Origin: Synechocystis sp. PCC 6803 substr. PCC-P
GTDB taxonomy: Bacteria > Cyanobacteriota > Cyanobacteriia > Cyanobacteriales > Microcystaceae
NCBI RefSeq assembly: GCF_000284455.1
Contig: NC_017039.1
Coordinates: 1,980,001 to 2,012,000, forward strand
Length of the DNA: 32,000 nucleotides
Reading direction: 5' to 3'
Position numbers and translations under genes: made by a program
The notes under the pieces: model-generated
Database searches by the model: none
Told to the model about the DNA's origin: nothing
Seen by the model: only the letters and a program-made list of their open reading frames with translations
Shown here: positions 7,866-18,504 of the stretch, piece after piece
Position numbering within the stretch: position 1 is the first letter of the stretch
Layout: each line of letters opens with the position of its first letter

Positions 7866-10294
7866 CTGCGTAAACTAACGGCAAATTGTTTGGTCAAAGC
7901 TTCACGAATTTGATTATGTAGGGGTTCCACATCGGCATCGGTGAGGGTTCGATCGCCGACCCGGTAGGCCAAACTAAAGGCGAGACTCCGTTGTCCGGCG
8001 GGGACGGATTGCCCCCGGTATTCATCAAATAGTTCCACCTGCTCGAGTAAATCGCCGCCCGCTTTAACCATGGCTTGGGTCAGTTCCGCCACGGTTAGTT
8101 CCAGGGGAGCATAGAGGGCTAAATCCCTGGCCACCGCTGGGTAAGGGGAATAAGGACGGAAATCGGGAGTACCCAGAATTTGGGTTTCCATGGCTTGGTA
8201 TAGGGGGGTTAGGGTGATTTCAAAGGCGTAAACCTCATCAATCAGACCTTTTTCCCGGCGTAATTGGGGATGGAGTTGCCCAAAGCGTCCTAACACTGTT
8301 CCGTTACAGCTCAACAGGGCGGTGCGACCGGGATGGAGGCGGGGATCTTGGTGATCGCCGCTGTAGGTGACGGTTGCCCCCAAACGCTGAAAGATGGCCT
8401 CTAATAAACCTTTGGCATCGTACCAGCTCATGGGTTGGGGTTTACCACCCTGGGGCCAGGTGCCTTCGGTAATCTGGGATCCGCCGCAAATGCCCGCCAG
8501 GTGGTCCGCCTCACCGATGTCTCCTTCGTTCTGCCAAAAGACCCGACCCACTTCAAAGGCATTCAAAGCCCCATTATTTTGGGCCTGGTTGTTGGCAAAG
8601 GCGGTAATCAAACCATCGAGTAAATTGGTGCGGAGAGCGGAATATTCCGCAAAGAGGGGGTTAGCCAGCATCACTTCAGACCCGTGGGGTTTCACTAAGG
8701 AGTAATGAACTACCTCGGTTAAACCTACTCCTCGACAGGCTTCCCGTAGGGCTAACTCAGCTTGATAGGAGGGGGATAAACCACCGGCAATGGTATTGGA
8801 GGGTAACTGCTCACAGAAGTGGTCATAGCCGTACAGTCGGGCTACTTCCTCAATTAGGTCAATTTCCCGTTCAATATCCCGTTGACGGTAGGAGGGTACT
8901 GTCACAGCCCACACCGGAGTGTCACTGTCTGATTGTCGGGTTAATCCACAACCCAGATCGGTCAAAATTCTTTCCACATCTTCAGCGGTAATATTACCGA
9001 TGCCGGTGGGGGTGTTTACTTTACCCAGCAATTGTTGCAAGCGTTCCAAACGCAGATTAATTATCGCTTCCCCTCGGTCTTGCCGCTGATCGGCTTTACC
9101 TTGGCGGACTACGGTGCCCCCGGCCAATTCCGTCATTAGGGCGATCGCCCGGTGCAAAGCGACTTCCAATTCACACCGGTTCACGCCCCGTTCATAGCGG
9201 GTGGAAGATTCACTGCGGAGATTAATGGCCTTACTGGATTTGCGGATGGTGACCCCATCAAATAGGGCGGTTTCCAGCACAATATTTTGGGTATTTTCAT
9301 CCACCTCTGTAGCGGCTCCCCCCATCACCCCGGCGATCGCCACTGGTTGGTCGTTGGCAGTAACCAATAAATTTTGGGGTTGCAAAGTCCGTTCCTGGTC
9401 ATCCAGGGTAATTAACTTTTCCCCTTCCTCAGCAAAGCGTACCCCCAGGGCAAACCCTTCTGGGCCAACTAGGGTTTGCAATTTATCCTGGTCAAAGCTG
9501 TGCAAGGGCTGACCCCATTCCAACAGCACGTAATTGGTCACGTCCACCACGTTGTTGATGGGCCTAGTTCCCGCCGCTAACAGTCTTTGTTGTAACCAAT
9601 CCGGGGAAGGACCCACTTTGACTCCCCGTATTACTGTGCCCACATAGGTAGGACAAGCCTGGGGTTCCGTCACACTGATGGGCAAATCCTGGTCGGATAC
9701 CGATACCGCTTTTATCTCCGGTAGGCTCAGCTTACCTCCAGTGAGGGCGGCCACTTCCCTGGCTACCCCCACCATACTGAGGGCATCGGCCCGGTTGGCG
9801 GTGGGGCTAATTTCTAGAATGACATCGTCTAAACCGAGTAGGGGCCCCACAGGACTACCCGAGGGCAAGTCCAAGTCTGGAAAAATATGAATACCTTCAG
9901 ACTCCTTACTCAGACCCAATTCCGCTAGGGAACAAATCATGCCGGAAGATTTTACCCCCCTTAACTTGGCGGGTTTAATTTTTAGATCTACTTTGGGTAA
10001 GTAACTGCCCAGGGTGGCCACCGGTACCAAAATATCTGCCCTGACATTGGCAGCACCACAGACGATGGTAGAAGGCTCCTCTGTCCCAATATCCACCACG
10101 CAAACGCTTAATTTATCGGCATTGGGGTGTTTTTCCCGGGAAATTACTCGCCCCAGCACCACCCCCGCTGCCCAGCTCCGACGGTCTTCAATTTCTTCCA
10201 CTTCCAAACCGGCGATCGTTAGCAATTCCCCAAGCTCTTCTGGAGACAAATTAAGTTCAACCAGGGATTGCAGCCAGTTGACAGAGATGCGCAT
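7862..10294 (-). CDS. pheT: Phenylalanyl-tRNA synthetase beta subunit
   Basis: 810 aa [37 protein letters not shown]..., tRNA-binding domain, B3/B4, B5 and ferredoxin-fold anticodon-binding C-terminus ([21 protein letters not shown]-like). Confidence 0.98.
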   Translation of the reverse strand: MRISVNWLQSLVELNLSPEELGELLTIAGLEVEEIEDRRSWAAGVVLGRVISREKHPNADKLSVCVVDIGTEEPSTIVCGAANVRADILVPVATLGSYLPKVDLKIKPAKLRGVKSSGMICSLAELGLSKESEGIHIFPDLDLPSGSPVGPLLGLDDVILEISPTANRADALSMVGVAREVAALTGGKLSLPEIKAVSVSDQDLPISVTEPQACPTYVGTVIRGVKVGPSPDWLQQRLLAAGTRPINNVVDVTNYVLLEWGQPLHSFDQDKLQTLVGPEGFALGVRFAEEGEKLITLDDQERTLQPQNLLVTANDQPVAIAGVMGGAATEVDENTQNIVLETALFDGVTIRKSSKAINLRSESSTRYERGVNRCELEVALHRAIALMTELAGGTVVRQGKADQRQDRGEAIINLRLERLQQLLGKVNTPTGIGNITAEDVERILTDLGCGLTRQSDSDTPVWAVTVPSYRQRDIEREIDLIEEVARLYGYDHFCEQLPSNTIAGGLSPSYQAELALREACRGVGLTEVVHYSLVKPHGSEVMLANPLFAEYSALRTNLLDGLITAFANNQAQNNGALNAFEVGRVFWQNEGDIGEADHLAGICGGSQITEGTWPQGGKPQPMSWYDAKGLLEAIFQRLGATVTYSGDHQDPRLHPGRTALLSCNGTVLGRFGQLHPQLRREKGLIDEVYAFEITLTPLYQAMETQILGTPDFRPYSPYPAVARDLALYAPLELTVAELTQAMVKAGGDLLEQVELFDEYRGQSVPAGQRSLAFSLAYRVGDRTLTDADVEPLHNQIREALTKQFAVSLRS

Positions 10295-10577
10295 GGGTTT
10301 CCTTTTCTACTGATTTGTATTAATGCTTGCTTAGTTTGCGATGGCGTCAGCGGCATCTATTGTATCGCTGAAGGCATTACCCCAGGCCACTCCGGGTCAT
10401 GTTTACAACTTTCGGAACAAATTTATAGCTCTGGAAGCTCAATGAACCAAAGTTTCCCACTAACTAGCCTAAAATAGAGTGGCCTTCCCCATCCCATCAA
10501 CCCTCGGAAAATTTAACGAATTTAATACAGCATAGGTTAATAGGTTAGTCTTACATCACACCATCTGGTGAACCGGA

Positions 10578-12302
10578 ATGAGTTTTTGCGTTAATCCCAA
10601 TTGTCCCCATCCGAAAAACCCCAATAATGTGCAGGTATGCCAGGCCTGTGGGAATAGTCTGCGCCTCAACGGCCGTTACCAAACCTTGGGTTTATTAGGA
10701 AAAGGGGGATTTGGGGCCACCTTTGCCGCAGCGGACGTGGCACTGCCGGGGACTCCCATTTGTGTGGTGAAGCAGTTACGGCCCCAAACCGATGATCCCA
10801 ATGTGTTCCGTATGGCCAAGGAACTGTTTGAGCGGGAAGCCCAGACCCTGGGTCGGGTGGGCAATCATCCCCAAGTGCCCCGTTTACTGGATTATTTTGA
10901 GGACGATCACCAGTTTTATTTAGTGCAAGAGTATGTTAAGGGGCATAATTTGCACCAAGAAGTGAAAAAAAATGGCACTTTTACCGAGGGGAGTGTCAAG
11001 CAATTTTTAACAGAAATATTACCTATCCTTGACTATATCCATTCCCAAAAGGTTATTCATCGGGATATTAAGCCTGCCAACCTCATTAGGCGGCAAACAG
11101 ACCAGAAATTAGTGCTGATCGATTTTGGCGCAGTGAAAAATCAAATTGATTCGGTCCTCTCTTCCAACACCTCTGCCCAAACGGCCTTAACGGCCTTTGC
11201 GGTGGGCACCGCCGGCTTTGCTCCCCCGGAACAGATGGCCATGCGGCCAGTTTACGCCAGTGATATTTATGCCACCGGGGTAACTTGTTTGTATTTACTA
11301 ACTGGTAAGACCCCCAAGGAGATTGATTGCAATAGCCAAACCGGGGAGATGGACTGGGAAAAACATGTGACAGTTTCCAGCAAATTTGCTGAAGTGATCC
11401 GCAAAATGTTGGAACTTTCTGTGCGCCACCGTTACAAGAGTGCCCAACAGGTGCTGGATGCCCTGGAGATGCCCACCTATGAGGATGGCATGATGCAGGG
11501 CATGGTTTCTACCCCCTTTACTACCCTAACAGGAGCTGGGGACGAGCCGGCCACGGGTATCCGCATGGGGAATAGTTCTTCTCCAGACTATGGCGACCCA
11601 TCCACCCGATTTAACACCAATGTCCAGCCCAGGGACCCTAGTTCCACTAGCCTGAATACTGGCATTAAAACCCGCACAGCTAAACCGAGGCAAAGTCCCA
11701 GGGATAGGGCTACCAGCAATATTGAGTCTCCGACCACCAGGGTACGTCCTGCCTCCAATATGGCGGATGGAGGCTCTGTTGGGGCAGGGGGGATTGACTA
11801 CAACATGGTTAACCCAAAACCCTTTTCCCGTCGGGAAGAAGAAAAGCAGGCGATCGCCAACCAACCGGAGACTAAACGTTGGAATGGCAAAACTTTTTTG
11901 GCGGAGTATGCCCAGGGTAAAAGGGATTTTGCCGATCAGAATTTAGTGGGCATAGTGTTAGCTAAGGCGTTTGTGCCGGGGATTAATTGTTATCAGGCTA
12001 ATCTGACCAATGCTAATTTTGAGCAAGCGGAGCTCACTAGGGCAGACTTTGGCAAGGCCCGCTTGAAAAATGTCATCTTCAAAGGGGCTAATTTGAGCGA
12101 TGCCTACTTTGGCTATGCTGACCTGCGGGGGGCAGATCTACGGGGAGCAAATCTCAACGGTGTTAATTTTAAATACGCCAATCTCCAGGGGGCCAATTTC
12201 TCCGGGGCGGATTTGGGTTCAGCCAAAGTATCCCCAGAGCAGTTGAAGCTTGCTAAAACCAATTGGCGCACGGTTATGCCCGGTTCTGGTCGGCGGAGAT
12301 AG
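10578..12302 (+). CDS. spkB: Serine/threonine protein kinase with N-terminal Cys-rich motif and C-terminal pentapeptide repeats (SpkB type)
   Basis: CVNPNCPHPKNPNNVQVCQACG; GLLGKGGFGATF, VIHRDIKPANLI, LIDFGAVKNQ; C-terminal ANLTNANFEQAELTRADFGKARL...LRGADLRGANLNGVNFKYANLQGANFSGADL. Confidence 0.95.
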   Translation: MSFCVNPNCPHPKNPNNVQVCQACGNSLRLNGRYQTLGLLGKGGFGATFAAADVALPGTPICVVKQLRPQTDDPNVFRMAKELFEREAQTLGRVGNHPQVPRLLDYFEDDHQFYLVQEYVKGHNLHQEVKKNGTFTEGSVKQFLTEILPILDYIHSQKVIHRDIKPANLIRRQTDQKLVLIDFGAVKNQIDSVLSSNTSAQTALTAFAVGTAGFAPPEQMAMRPVYASDIYATGVTCLYLLTGKTPKEIDCNSQTGEMDWEKHVTVSSKFAEVIRKMLELSVRHRYKSAQQVLDALEMPTYEDGMMQGMVSTPFTTLTGAGDEPATGIRMGNSSSPDYGDPSTRFNTNVQPRDPSSTSLNTGIKTRTAKPRQSPRDRATSNIESPTTRVRPASNMADGGSVGAGGIDYNMVNPKPFSRREEEKQAIANQPETKRWNGKTFLAEYAQGKRDFADQNLVGIVLAKAFVPGINCYQANLTNANFEQAELTRADFGKARLKNVIFKGANLSDAYFGYADLRGADLRGANLNGVNFKYANLQGANFSGADLGSAKVSPEQLKLAKTNWRTVMPGSGRRR

Positions 12303-12404
12303 GCTTAGGTCCAAAATCTCCACTGTTTCTGACCAAACCAAGCATTAGGGTAAAAACTCCCATTTCCCCTTGGGGCCAGAGCGTCACTAGCAGTGTCAGT
12401 AACC

Positions 12405-13073
12405 CTAATTAACTAATCCGGAGCGGATGGCCCTCACCGCCGCCTGGGTGCGGTCATTGGCGCAGAGCTTGTTGAGGATATTCCGTACATGGGTCTTAAC
12501 TGTGCCCACGGTGATATAGAGTTTTTCCGCAATGTCGGCATTACTACAACCGTCCACAATCAACTGCAGAACCTCCAGCTCCCGTTCCGTCAACCCATAG
12601 GACAAAGAGGTGCGGCTGGGGGAAGATGGTTCCGATGGCTCCGCCCCTGGGGCATGGGCCAAAACTATTCTGGCGATCGCCGGATCAATCCAGGCAAAAC
12701 CACCATGGGTGGCTTGAATCGCTTCAATTAACAATTCAGTGCGGCTATCTTTCATGCAATAGGCATCGGCTCCAGCACTGAAGGCGGCCAATACTGTTTC
12801 TTCTTGGTCATTGAGGGTCAAAATCACTACCCGACATTGGCAATTGAGCGGGCCTTTTTTCAACTGTTGGGTGACATCAATGCCGTTCATGTCGGGCAGG
12901 CCAATATCGATGATTACCACATCGGGCCGTGTTTGTTGCATCATCACCAATCCCAACCGGCCATTGGCGGCTTCCCCCACCCACTCAAAACTGGGTTCCA
13001 TGGTCAAAGCATCCTGCAAACCTTGGCGAATCAAATCTTCATCTTCAATTAAGGCAATGCGAATTTTCTCCAT
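12405..13073 (-). CDS. Two-component response regulator, NarL/LuxR family (REC + GerE HTH)
   Basis: MEKIRIALIEDEDLIRQGLQDAL...PDVVIIDIGLPDMNG...; C-terminal LTERELEVLQLIVDGCSNADIAEKLYITVGTVKTHVRNILNKL. Confidence 0.96.
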   Translation of the reverse strand: MEKIRIALIEDEDLIRQGLQDALTMEPSFEWVGEAANGRLGLVMMQQTRPDVVIIDIGLPDMNGIDVTQQLKKGPLNCQCRVVILTLNDQEETVLAAFSAGADAYCMKDSRTELLIEAIQATHGGFAWIDPAIARIVLAHAPGAEPSEPSSPSRTSLSYGLTERELEVLQLIVDGCSNADIAEKLYITVGTVKTHVRNILNKLCANDRTQAAVRAIRSGLVN

Positions 13074-13174
13074 GGTCAGGACATTGGCAATGGTATGGGA
13101 TAATTTTTCGTCACAGTAAGCAGGGTCTAGGCAAGGGCAGGTCCTTACCCAATATTAGGCACCATATCACTGGA

Positions 13175-16100
13175 TCAACCAGTATTACGCATTCCGGCCG
13201 CAATACCGTTAATGGTTAACAGAGCTCCCCGCAGTAGTTCTTCTTTGGAATAACGACGGTAACGCACGCCGCTGGTCTCCGCTTCCTGGGTTACTTGGCG
13301 TAAACGTTTCAGCAGGGAAATCTGCAGTAGCCCCAGGGGAACAATAGTACGATTTCGTAGGAGTACCGACCGTTGCAAAGAGCGATCGCCGTCCAGGAGG
13401 TGGGGATGGGCCGTAATTTCCATGGCAAAGTCCCTGGTTAATTGATACTCTTGCTTGATCTGCTGAAAAAGGCGATCGAATCGTTCCCGGTCTTCTGGCT
13501 TAGATAGCTCTTGCACATAGTGGGAAGCGATGGTGAGGTCCACCTTGGAAAGGGTCATTTCCACCTTCGAGATCACCATGTTGAAGAAAGGCCATTTGAA
13601 ATAGAAGTAACGCAACAACTTCATATTTTTGACCGGGTCTTGGTCCACAAAGGATTTCAACGCCGTGCCCACCCCATACCAAGCCGGCAGCAGGAAACGG
13701 GTTTGGGTCCAACTGAACACCCAGGGAATGGCCCGCAAACTGCTGAGATCCGCTTTACCCCCCTTACGTCGGGCAGGGCGGGAACTAATCTGTAACTCGC
13801 TAATTTCAGGAATGGGGGTAACCGTCAGGAAGAAATCTAAAAAGTCCGGTTCTTCGTAAATCAAACTCCGGTAGGCTCGACGGGCAGTGCAGGCCAACTC
13901 CTCCATAATCCGGTTCCAGGGCTCAATGAAATCAAAACTACTTTTAAGTAAACTAGCTTGGATGACCGCCGTGGTTAAAGTTTCCAGGTTGTAGAGGGCC
14001 AACTCTGGCAGGGAATATTTAGAAGCTAACACTTCCCCTTGTTCGGTAATTTTGATCCGACCGTCCACGGTGCCTGCGGGCTGGGCCAAAATGGCTTTAT
14101 AGGCCGGGCCGCCCCCCCGGCCAACAGATCCTCCTCGACCGTGGAACAGCCGGAGAATTACCCGATGGCTTTGGGCCACTGCCTGCAGTGATTTTTGGGC
14201 CTTATGAATTTCCCAGTTACTGCTCAAAAAGCCGGAGTCTTTATTGCTGTCGGAATAGCCCACCATAATTTCCTGGAGATTGCCGGGATTTAGTAGGGCT
14301 GTGGTGGTGGGAATTTGGTAATAATCCGGTGGCTGATTTTGCAACTCTTTTAAGGAATGGTAACTGCCCGCCAATGTAGCCCGGTAAAAAGGCAAGCTGA
14401 AAAGAGAATCCATAATCCCCGGAGCGTTTTTGAGATCTTCTACTGTTTCAAACAGGGGCACAATGCGGAGGGAATTGGAGGCGGTGGCCGGGTCATACAA
14501 TCCGGCTTCCTTGGCTAACAGCAATACTTCCAACACATCACTGGCATCGTTGGTCATGCTGATGATGTAGGTTTGGCAAATATCCACCCCAAATTCCATT
14601 TGTAGATGGCGCAGGGTGCGGAGGGTTTCAATGGTTTCCCTAGTCCGCTCCGAAAAGGGCATTTCCTGGGGAATTAAAGGACGGCGGGTTTGCAGTTCTA
14701 CCCCTAACCAGGCTAATTTATCTTCTTCGGCCATTTCTTCGTAGGGAGTGGTGAGTACCCCCATATACTCAGCAATTTCGGCGATCGCCTCGGCGTGGCG
14801 GGAAGATTCCTGGCGAAAATCCAACTGGGCTAGGTTAAAGCCATAGACTTCCAACTGGGTAATCAAATTTTCCAACTCCAGGCAGGTTAAACCAGTTTCG
14901 GTCAGATTACGCTGAATGAGTCTTAATTCCTCTAATAATTCTTCCCCAGTGCGATAGTGATTTTCGGCCGGCATGGTGATCATCGTTTGCCGTTCTTCTG
15001 GGTTGGCTAGACGATTATTACGCCGCAGGGTGTTTTCCAGCCGTTTGGTAACGTAGGCCAGCTTCATCCGATAGGGTTCCTGGCGATAGCGGAGAGAAAG
15101 TTCTTCGTAAATTTCCGGTAATTGAATGCGGTCCCGTTCCAAAGAGTCCAACAATTCCTGGGAGACTTTGCACCAATGGAGGGAAGGGCTAAGAATGGCC
15201 ACCAGTTCCCCCAAACTAAACAAATATTTCCCCAGCACTAAACCCCGCTGGTAACAGGCCGTCTGCCAGGTCACTTCTGGGGTTACCGAAGGGTTGCCGT
15301 CCCGATCGCCACCGACCCAGGAGCCAAAATAACAAAAATTAGCCCGGGGGGCCCGCAGATGGGGAAAGGTTTCTTTAATAGCTTGTCCTAACCGTTTGGA
15401 CAATTCCGGTACAGCGTCGAACAGTACTTCATCAAAATAATGGAGGGAATAGTCCACTTCGTCCAACACAGTGGGTTTGAACTGATGAAGTTCGTCGGTA
15501 CGCCACCAAAAGCGAATTTCCTCCGTTAATTGGGCGATCGCCGTTTTTGCATCCCAGGTGTTGAGCCAGTCCCGACCGGTCACAGAACCCTGGAGTTGAT
15601 CTAGTTTACGAAGAATGCGGTCCACCCTTCTTTGTTTGCGCCGGATGGTGTGACGGACAATTTCCGTGGGGTGAGCGGTGATCACCAGGCGAATGTCCAG
15701 ATGATCCAATAAATTTTGGATATGTTGGGGGGGCACATTGAGGCGTTTTAGCTCCCTCATTAACCAATGGAACGTACCTACAGAAGCTTGCAATTCATTC
15801 TGGTCAATGCCCACTGGCAATGGTTCCGTTGACGCGCCTAATCGGGATGGGGGGACCATTTCTTCCTCATTGCCCGCCTGCTCATAGAAGTTGGTTTCCT
15901 GGGAAGCTTCCCAACGATTCCGTTGTTGCTCGTTTTGTTCGTAGTGCTGTTCAACGATGTTGATCAACTGGAAATATAGGGCAAAGGCCCGAGCCGCCCG
16001 GATGGCATCATTGAGTTCTAAATGCTCAATGCGCTGGGTAATACCCATGATGACTTCTTCGGAAATTTCGCTGGTGATCGCCTCATGGGTACCCTGAAGC

Positions 16101-16279
16101 CTTAATTCCGTCAGCAAATCCACCAATTCCTGGCCACATTCGCTTTGGAGCACCCTTTCCCACAATTCCTCCACCATCTTTAACCGCTGGTAAAGCACCG
16201 ACTCTTCTTCAGAGTTGGAACCATTGCCATTACCAGACCAGTTAGTGGAAAGACCGAATGCAGGAACTGCCAAGTTCAT
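13175..16279 (-). CDS. ppc: Phosphoenolpyruvate carboxylase
   Basis: 1034 aa; [69 protein letters not shown]-terminal [23 protein letters not shown]...[17 protein letters not shown]. Confidence 0.98.
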   Translation of the reverse strand: MNLAVPAFGLSTNWSGNGNGSNSEEESVLYQRLKMVEELWERVLQSECGQELVDLLTELRLQGTHEAITSEISEEVIMGITQRIEHLELNDAIRAARAFALYFQLINIVEQHYEQNEQQRNRWEASQETNFYEQAGNEEEMVPPSRLGASTEPLPVGIDQNELQASVGTFHWLMRELKRLNVPPQHIQNLLDHLDIRLVITAHPTEIVRHTIRRKQRRVDRILRKLDQLQGSVTGRDWLNTWDAKTAIAQLTEEIRFWWRTDELHQFKPTVLDEVDYSLHYFDEVLFDAVPELSKRLGQAIKETFPHLRAPRANFCYFGSWVGGDRDGNPSVTPEVTWQTACYQRGLVLGKYLFSLGELVAILSPSLHWCKVSQELLDSLERDRIQLPEIYEELSLRYRQEPYRMKLAYVTKRLENTLRRNNRLANPEERQTMITMPAENHYRTGEELLEELRLIQRNLTETGLTCLELENLITQLEVYGFNLAQLDFRQESSRHAEAIAEIAEYMGVLTTPYEEMAEEDKLAWLGVELQTRRPLIPQEMPFSERTRETIETLRTLRHLQMEFGVDICQTYIISMTNDASDVLEVLLLAKEAGLYDPATASNSLRIVPLFETVEDLKNAPGIMDSLFSLPFYRATLAGSYHSLKELQNQPPDYYQIPTTTALLNPGNLQEIMVGYSDSNKDSGFLSSNWEIHKAQKSLQAVAQSHRVILRLFHGRGGSVGRGGGPAYKAILAQPAGTVDGRIKITEQGEVLASKYSLPELALYNLETLTTAVIQASLLKSSFDFIEPWNRIMEELACTARRAYRSLIYEEPDFLDFFLTVTPIPEISELQISSRPARRKGGKADLSSLRAIPWVFSWTQTRFLLPAWYGVGTALKSFVDQDPVKNMKLLRYFYFKWPFFNMVISKVEMTLSKVDLTIASHYVQELSKPEDRERFDRLFQQIKQEYQLTRDFAMEITAHPHLLDGDRSLQRSVLLRNRTIVPLGLLQISLLKRLRQVTQEAETSGVRYRRYSKEELLRGALLTINGIAAGMRNTG

Positions 16280-16423
16280 GGGAACCTCTAGGACAAGATG
16301 GTGACGCTAACAACATCCAGAATGCGTTGCTACTGTACAAGATACTACGGGATTATCCCTACCTCACTCCGCATCCCAGGCTACAGCCAGCGATTTGTCG
16401 ATGCCCCTCCCAGATTAGGGCAG

Positions 16424-16446
16424 AAAAAAACCCCTGGAGCAGGGGG
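16424..16446 (-). terminator. Rho-independent terminator downstream of the 70-aa ORF
   Basis: On the minus strand: CCCCTG-CTC-CAGGGG followed immediately by TTTTTTT. Confidence 0.75.
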
Positions 16447-16524
16447 AGGAAGAAGACAATGGACTAGGACACTAAAAGCCAAAATCACCGCAACCATAGA
16501 TGAACAAAAACTAAATAGTGGCGT

Positions 16525-16737
16525 TTAGTAAGCTAAAGTTTCCAGGGTTTGACGAAGGTAGTGGCGCACTTGGGCGTCCAGCAGGGGAGGGGCCACAGTT
16601 TCTGTTTTGGACACCACAGCCTCGCCGTTATCATCCTGCCAGCATTTGAAACCGGAGCTATCGGCTATCGCCAATTTGAGACTGTTCCAGATGGCGGAAT
16701 CAGAGTTAGAAGCAGATGCAAGGGTAGCAGTAGTCAT
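16525..16737 (-). CDS. Small hypothetical protein (70 aa), MTTATLASASNSDSAIWNSLKLAIADSSGFKCWQDDNGEAVVSKTETVAPPLLDAQVRHYLRQTLETLAY; the longer track ORF (start 16818) probably over-extends upstream
   Basis: ATG at 16737 in frame with the 16525..16818 ORF; followed on the same strand by a well-formed intrinsic terminator, which supports it being a real transcription unit. Confidence 0.6.
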   Translation of the reverse strand: MTTATLASASNSDSAIWNSLKLAIADSSGFKCWQDDNGEAVVSKTETVAPPLLDAQVRHYLRQTLETLAY

Positions 16738-17020
16738 ATTTTTATATCTCGCAGTGGTGGTCAGGAAGCAACGAACGGGGTCCGACGTGACTTTGAGGTA
16801 ACAGCTAAATACAGCCATTTTGTCGGCCTTAGCTCAACTACCTTCAGGTTAACCCAACTCCGGCGAGCTGGACTGTCAACTTAAGCACAATTGTAAAGAA
16901 AATTCAACAAACTTGCCATCACCGGGAATCAATGGACTGGGTTAGGATTGGGGAGAAGGGGAGCATTTCCCCCCTGGTTGCTAATTTTCCGGCTTTAACC
17001 GCAAGCCCAAGCTATTTCCT

Positions 17021-17479
17021 ATGTCCCCTGTTTATCTCTGGATTGTAGCAGGCACCATACTCTGCCTTGTGGAAGTTATCTTCCCAGTGGATTTTGTGGC
17101 CGTTGTGATGGGATTAAGCGCTGTGGCTACCGCTGGAGTGGCCCTATTGGTCCCCGGCAGTTTTGCGCTCCAGTCCCTTTTTTGGTTGGGGTTATCGGTG
17201 TTGTCGATTATTTTACTGCGGCGTTTTCTGCCCCGGCCCAGCCGCAAAAGCATTCTCCAGGATGCAGTGGAAGGGCAATGTCTAACAGCTATTTTGCCCG
17301 GGGAAACCGGTCGGGTGCTCTATGAGGGCAACTCCTGGCGAGCGGAATGTCAGGATCCCGATGTGGCGATCGCCGTCAATGAAAAGGTTTATGTGGTGGG
17401 GCGCAGTGGCAATACGTTATTGGTTTATCCGGCCAATGCTCTCCAAGGGCGATCGGACATCCAACACCCCAATTTCTGA
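17021..17479 (+). CDS. NfeD-like membrane protein (TM segments plus C-terminal OB-like domain)
   Basis: 152 aa: MSPVYLWIVAGTILCLVEVIFPVDFVAVVMGLSAVATAGVALL... hydrophobic segments, then SILQDAVEGQCLTAILPGETGRVLYEGNSWRAECQDPDVAIAVNEKVYVVGRSGNTLLVYP. Confidence 0.8.
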   Translation: MSPVYLWIVAGTILCLVEVIFPVDFVAVVMGLSAVATAGVALLVPGSFALQSLFWLGLSVLSIILLRRFLPRPSRKSILQDAVEGQCLTAILPGETGRVLYEGNSWRAECQDPDVAIAVNEKVYVVGRSGNTLLVYPANALQGRSDIQHPNF

Positions 17480-17487
17480 TAAGAAGA

Positions 17488-18375
17488 GTGATGCGAATTT
17501 TGGTAACAAACCCAGCCCCCATGACCTGTTTACCCCCGTGGATAATTATTGATCCTTGGCTCCAGCAATGGTTGGCGGAGGATATTGGCCGGGGAGATTG
17601 GTCTACCCAGGGTCTCGGTTTACAGCATCGAGGCCAGGCCCGCTGGGTAGCAAAGGAAAATGGTGTGATAGCTGGATTACCCATGGCCGCCCGTATTTTT
17701 CAGCTTTTGGATCCCTCCATGGAATTCCAAGTCTTGGCTGGGGAAGGGCAAGCGGTGACTGCGAGCACGGTGGTGGCCACCATGGCAGGGAATTTAGGCA
17801 GTTTACTGACTGGGGAAAGGGTAGCTCTTAATTTGGTGATGGGTTTAAGCGGCATTGCCACCATGACCAGACAATACGTCCAGGCGATCGCCGACTATCC
17901 CACCCGCTTTGTCGATACGAGAAAAACCACCCCAGGGCTGCGGGTGTTGGAAAAATATGCCAGTCGTTTGGGGGGAGCCATGAACCATCGCCTTGGCCTG
18001 GATGATGCGGTAATGGTCAAGGATAATCATATTCAAGCGGCGGGAAGTATTACAAAAGCAGTGCAAACCCTACGGCAAAATTTGCCCTATCCCTTGGCCA
18101 TTGAAGTGGAAACCAGCAATTTGGAGGAAGTACAGGAGGCGATCGCCACCCAGGTGGAAATTATTATGCTGGATAATATGGGCACCGACACCATGGCCAC
18201 TGCCGTCAAATTAATCCGCCAAGCTAATCCCCTGATCCGCATTGAAGCTTCCGGCAACGTTACCCTGGCCAATCTAACGGCGATCGCCAGCACCGGGGTG
18301 GACTTTATCTCCAGCAGTGCCCCCATCACCCGTTCTCCCTGGTTAGACTTAAGTATGCAAATTGTACGAAATTGA
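17488..18375 (+). CDS. nadC: Nicotinate-nucleotide pyrophosphorylase (quinolinate phosphoribosyltransferase)
   Basis: LAEDIGRGDWST, RFVDTRKTTPGLRVLEKYASRLGGAMNHRLGLDDAVMVKDNH, IEVETSNLEEV, ASGNVTLANL. Confidence 0.96.
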   Translation: MMRILVTNPAPMTCLPPWIIIDPWLQQWLAEDIGRGDWSTQGLGLQHRGQARWVAKENGVIAGLPMAARIFQLLDPSMEFQVLAGEGQAVTASTVVATMAGNLGSLLTGERVALNLVMGLSGIATMTRQYVQAIADYPTRFVDTRKTTPGLRVLEKYASRLGGAMNHRLGLDDAVMVKDNHIQAAGSITKAVQTLRQNLPYPLAIEVETSNLEEVQEAIATQVEIIMLDNMGTDTMATAVKLIRQANPLIRIEASGNVTLANLTAIASTGVDFISSSAPITRSPWLDLSMQIVRN

Positions 18376-18504
18376 ACAAATCTGGCTAAATTTATGCCCA
18401 ACCTCGGAAACTTAAACCGAAGTCGAGCCATCTTCAATAGGCAGTGACGGCTTGCCCCCGGTCCATGGCCATTGTCCTCTGCTTCCCCCCAGCCCTAAGT
18501 TTTT

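Noticed and set aside
8394-10313. Several plus-strand ORFs (8394..8705, 8435..8623, 9201..9512, 9678..9890, 10014..10313)
   Set aside because: All antisense to pheT, low-complexity composition typical of shadow ORFs.
13511-13859. Plus-strand ORFs 13511..13795 and 13629..13859
   Set aside because: Antisense to the highly conserved C-terminal half of PEP carboxylase.
16298-16884. Plus-strand ORFs 16258..16467, 16298..16528, 16549..16884
   Set aside because: Run through the minus-strand terminator and small ORF; no RBS or recognisable sequence, likely spurious.
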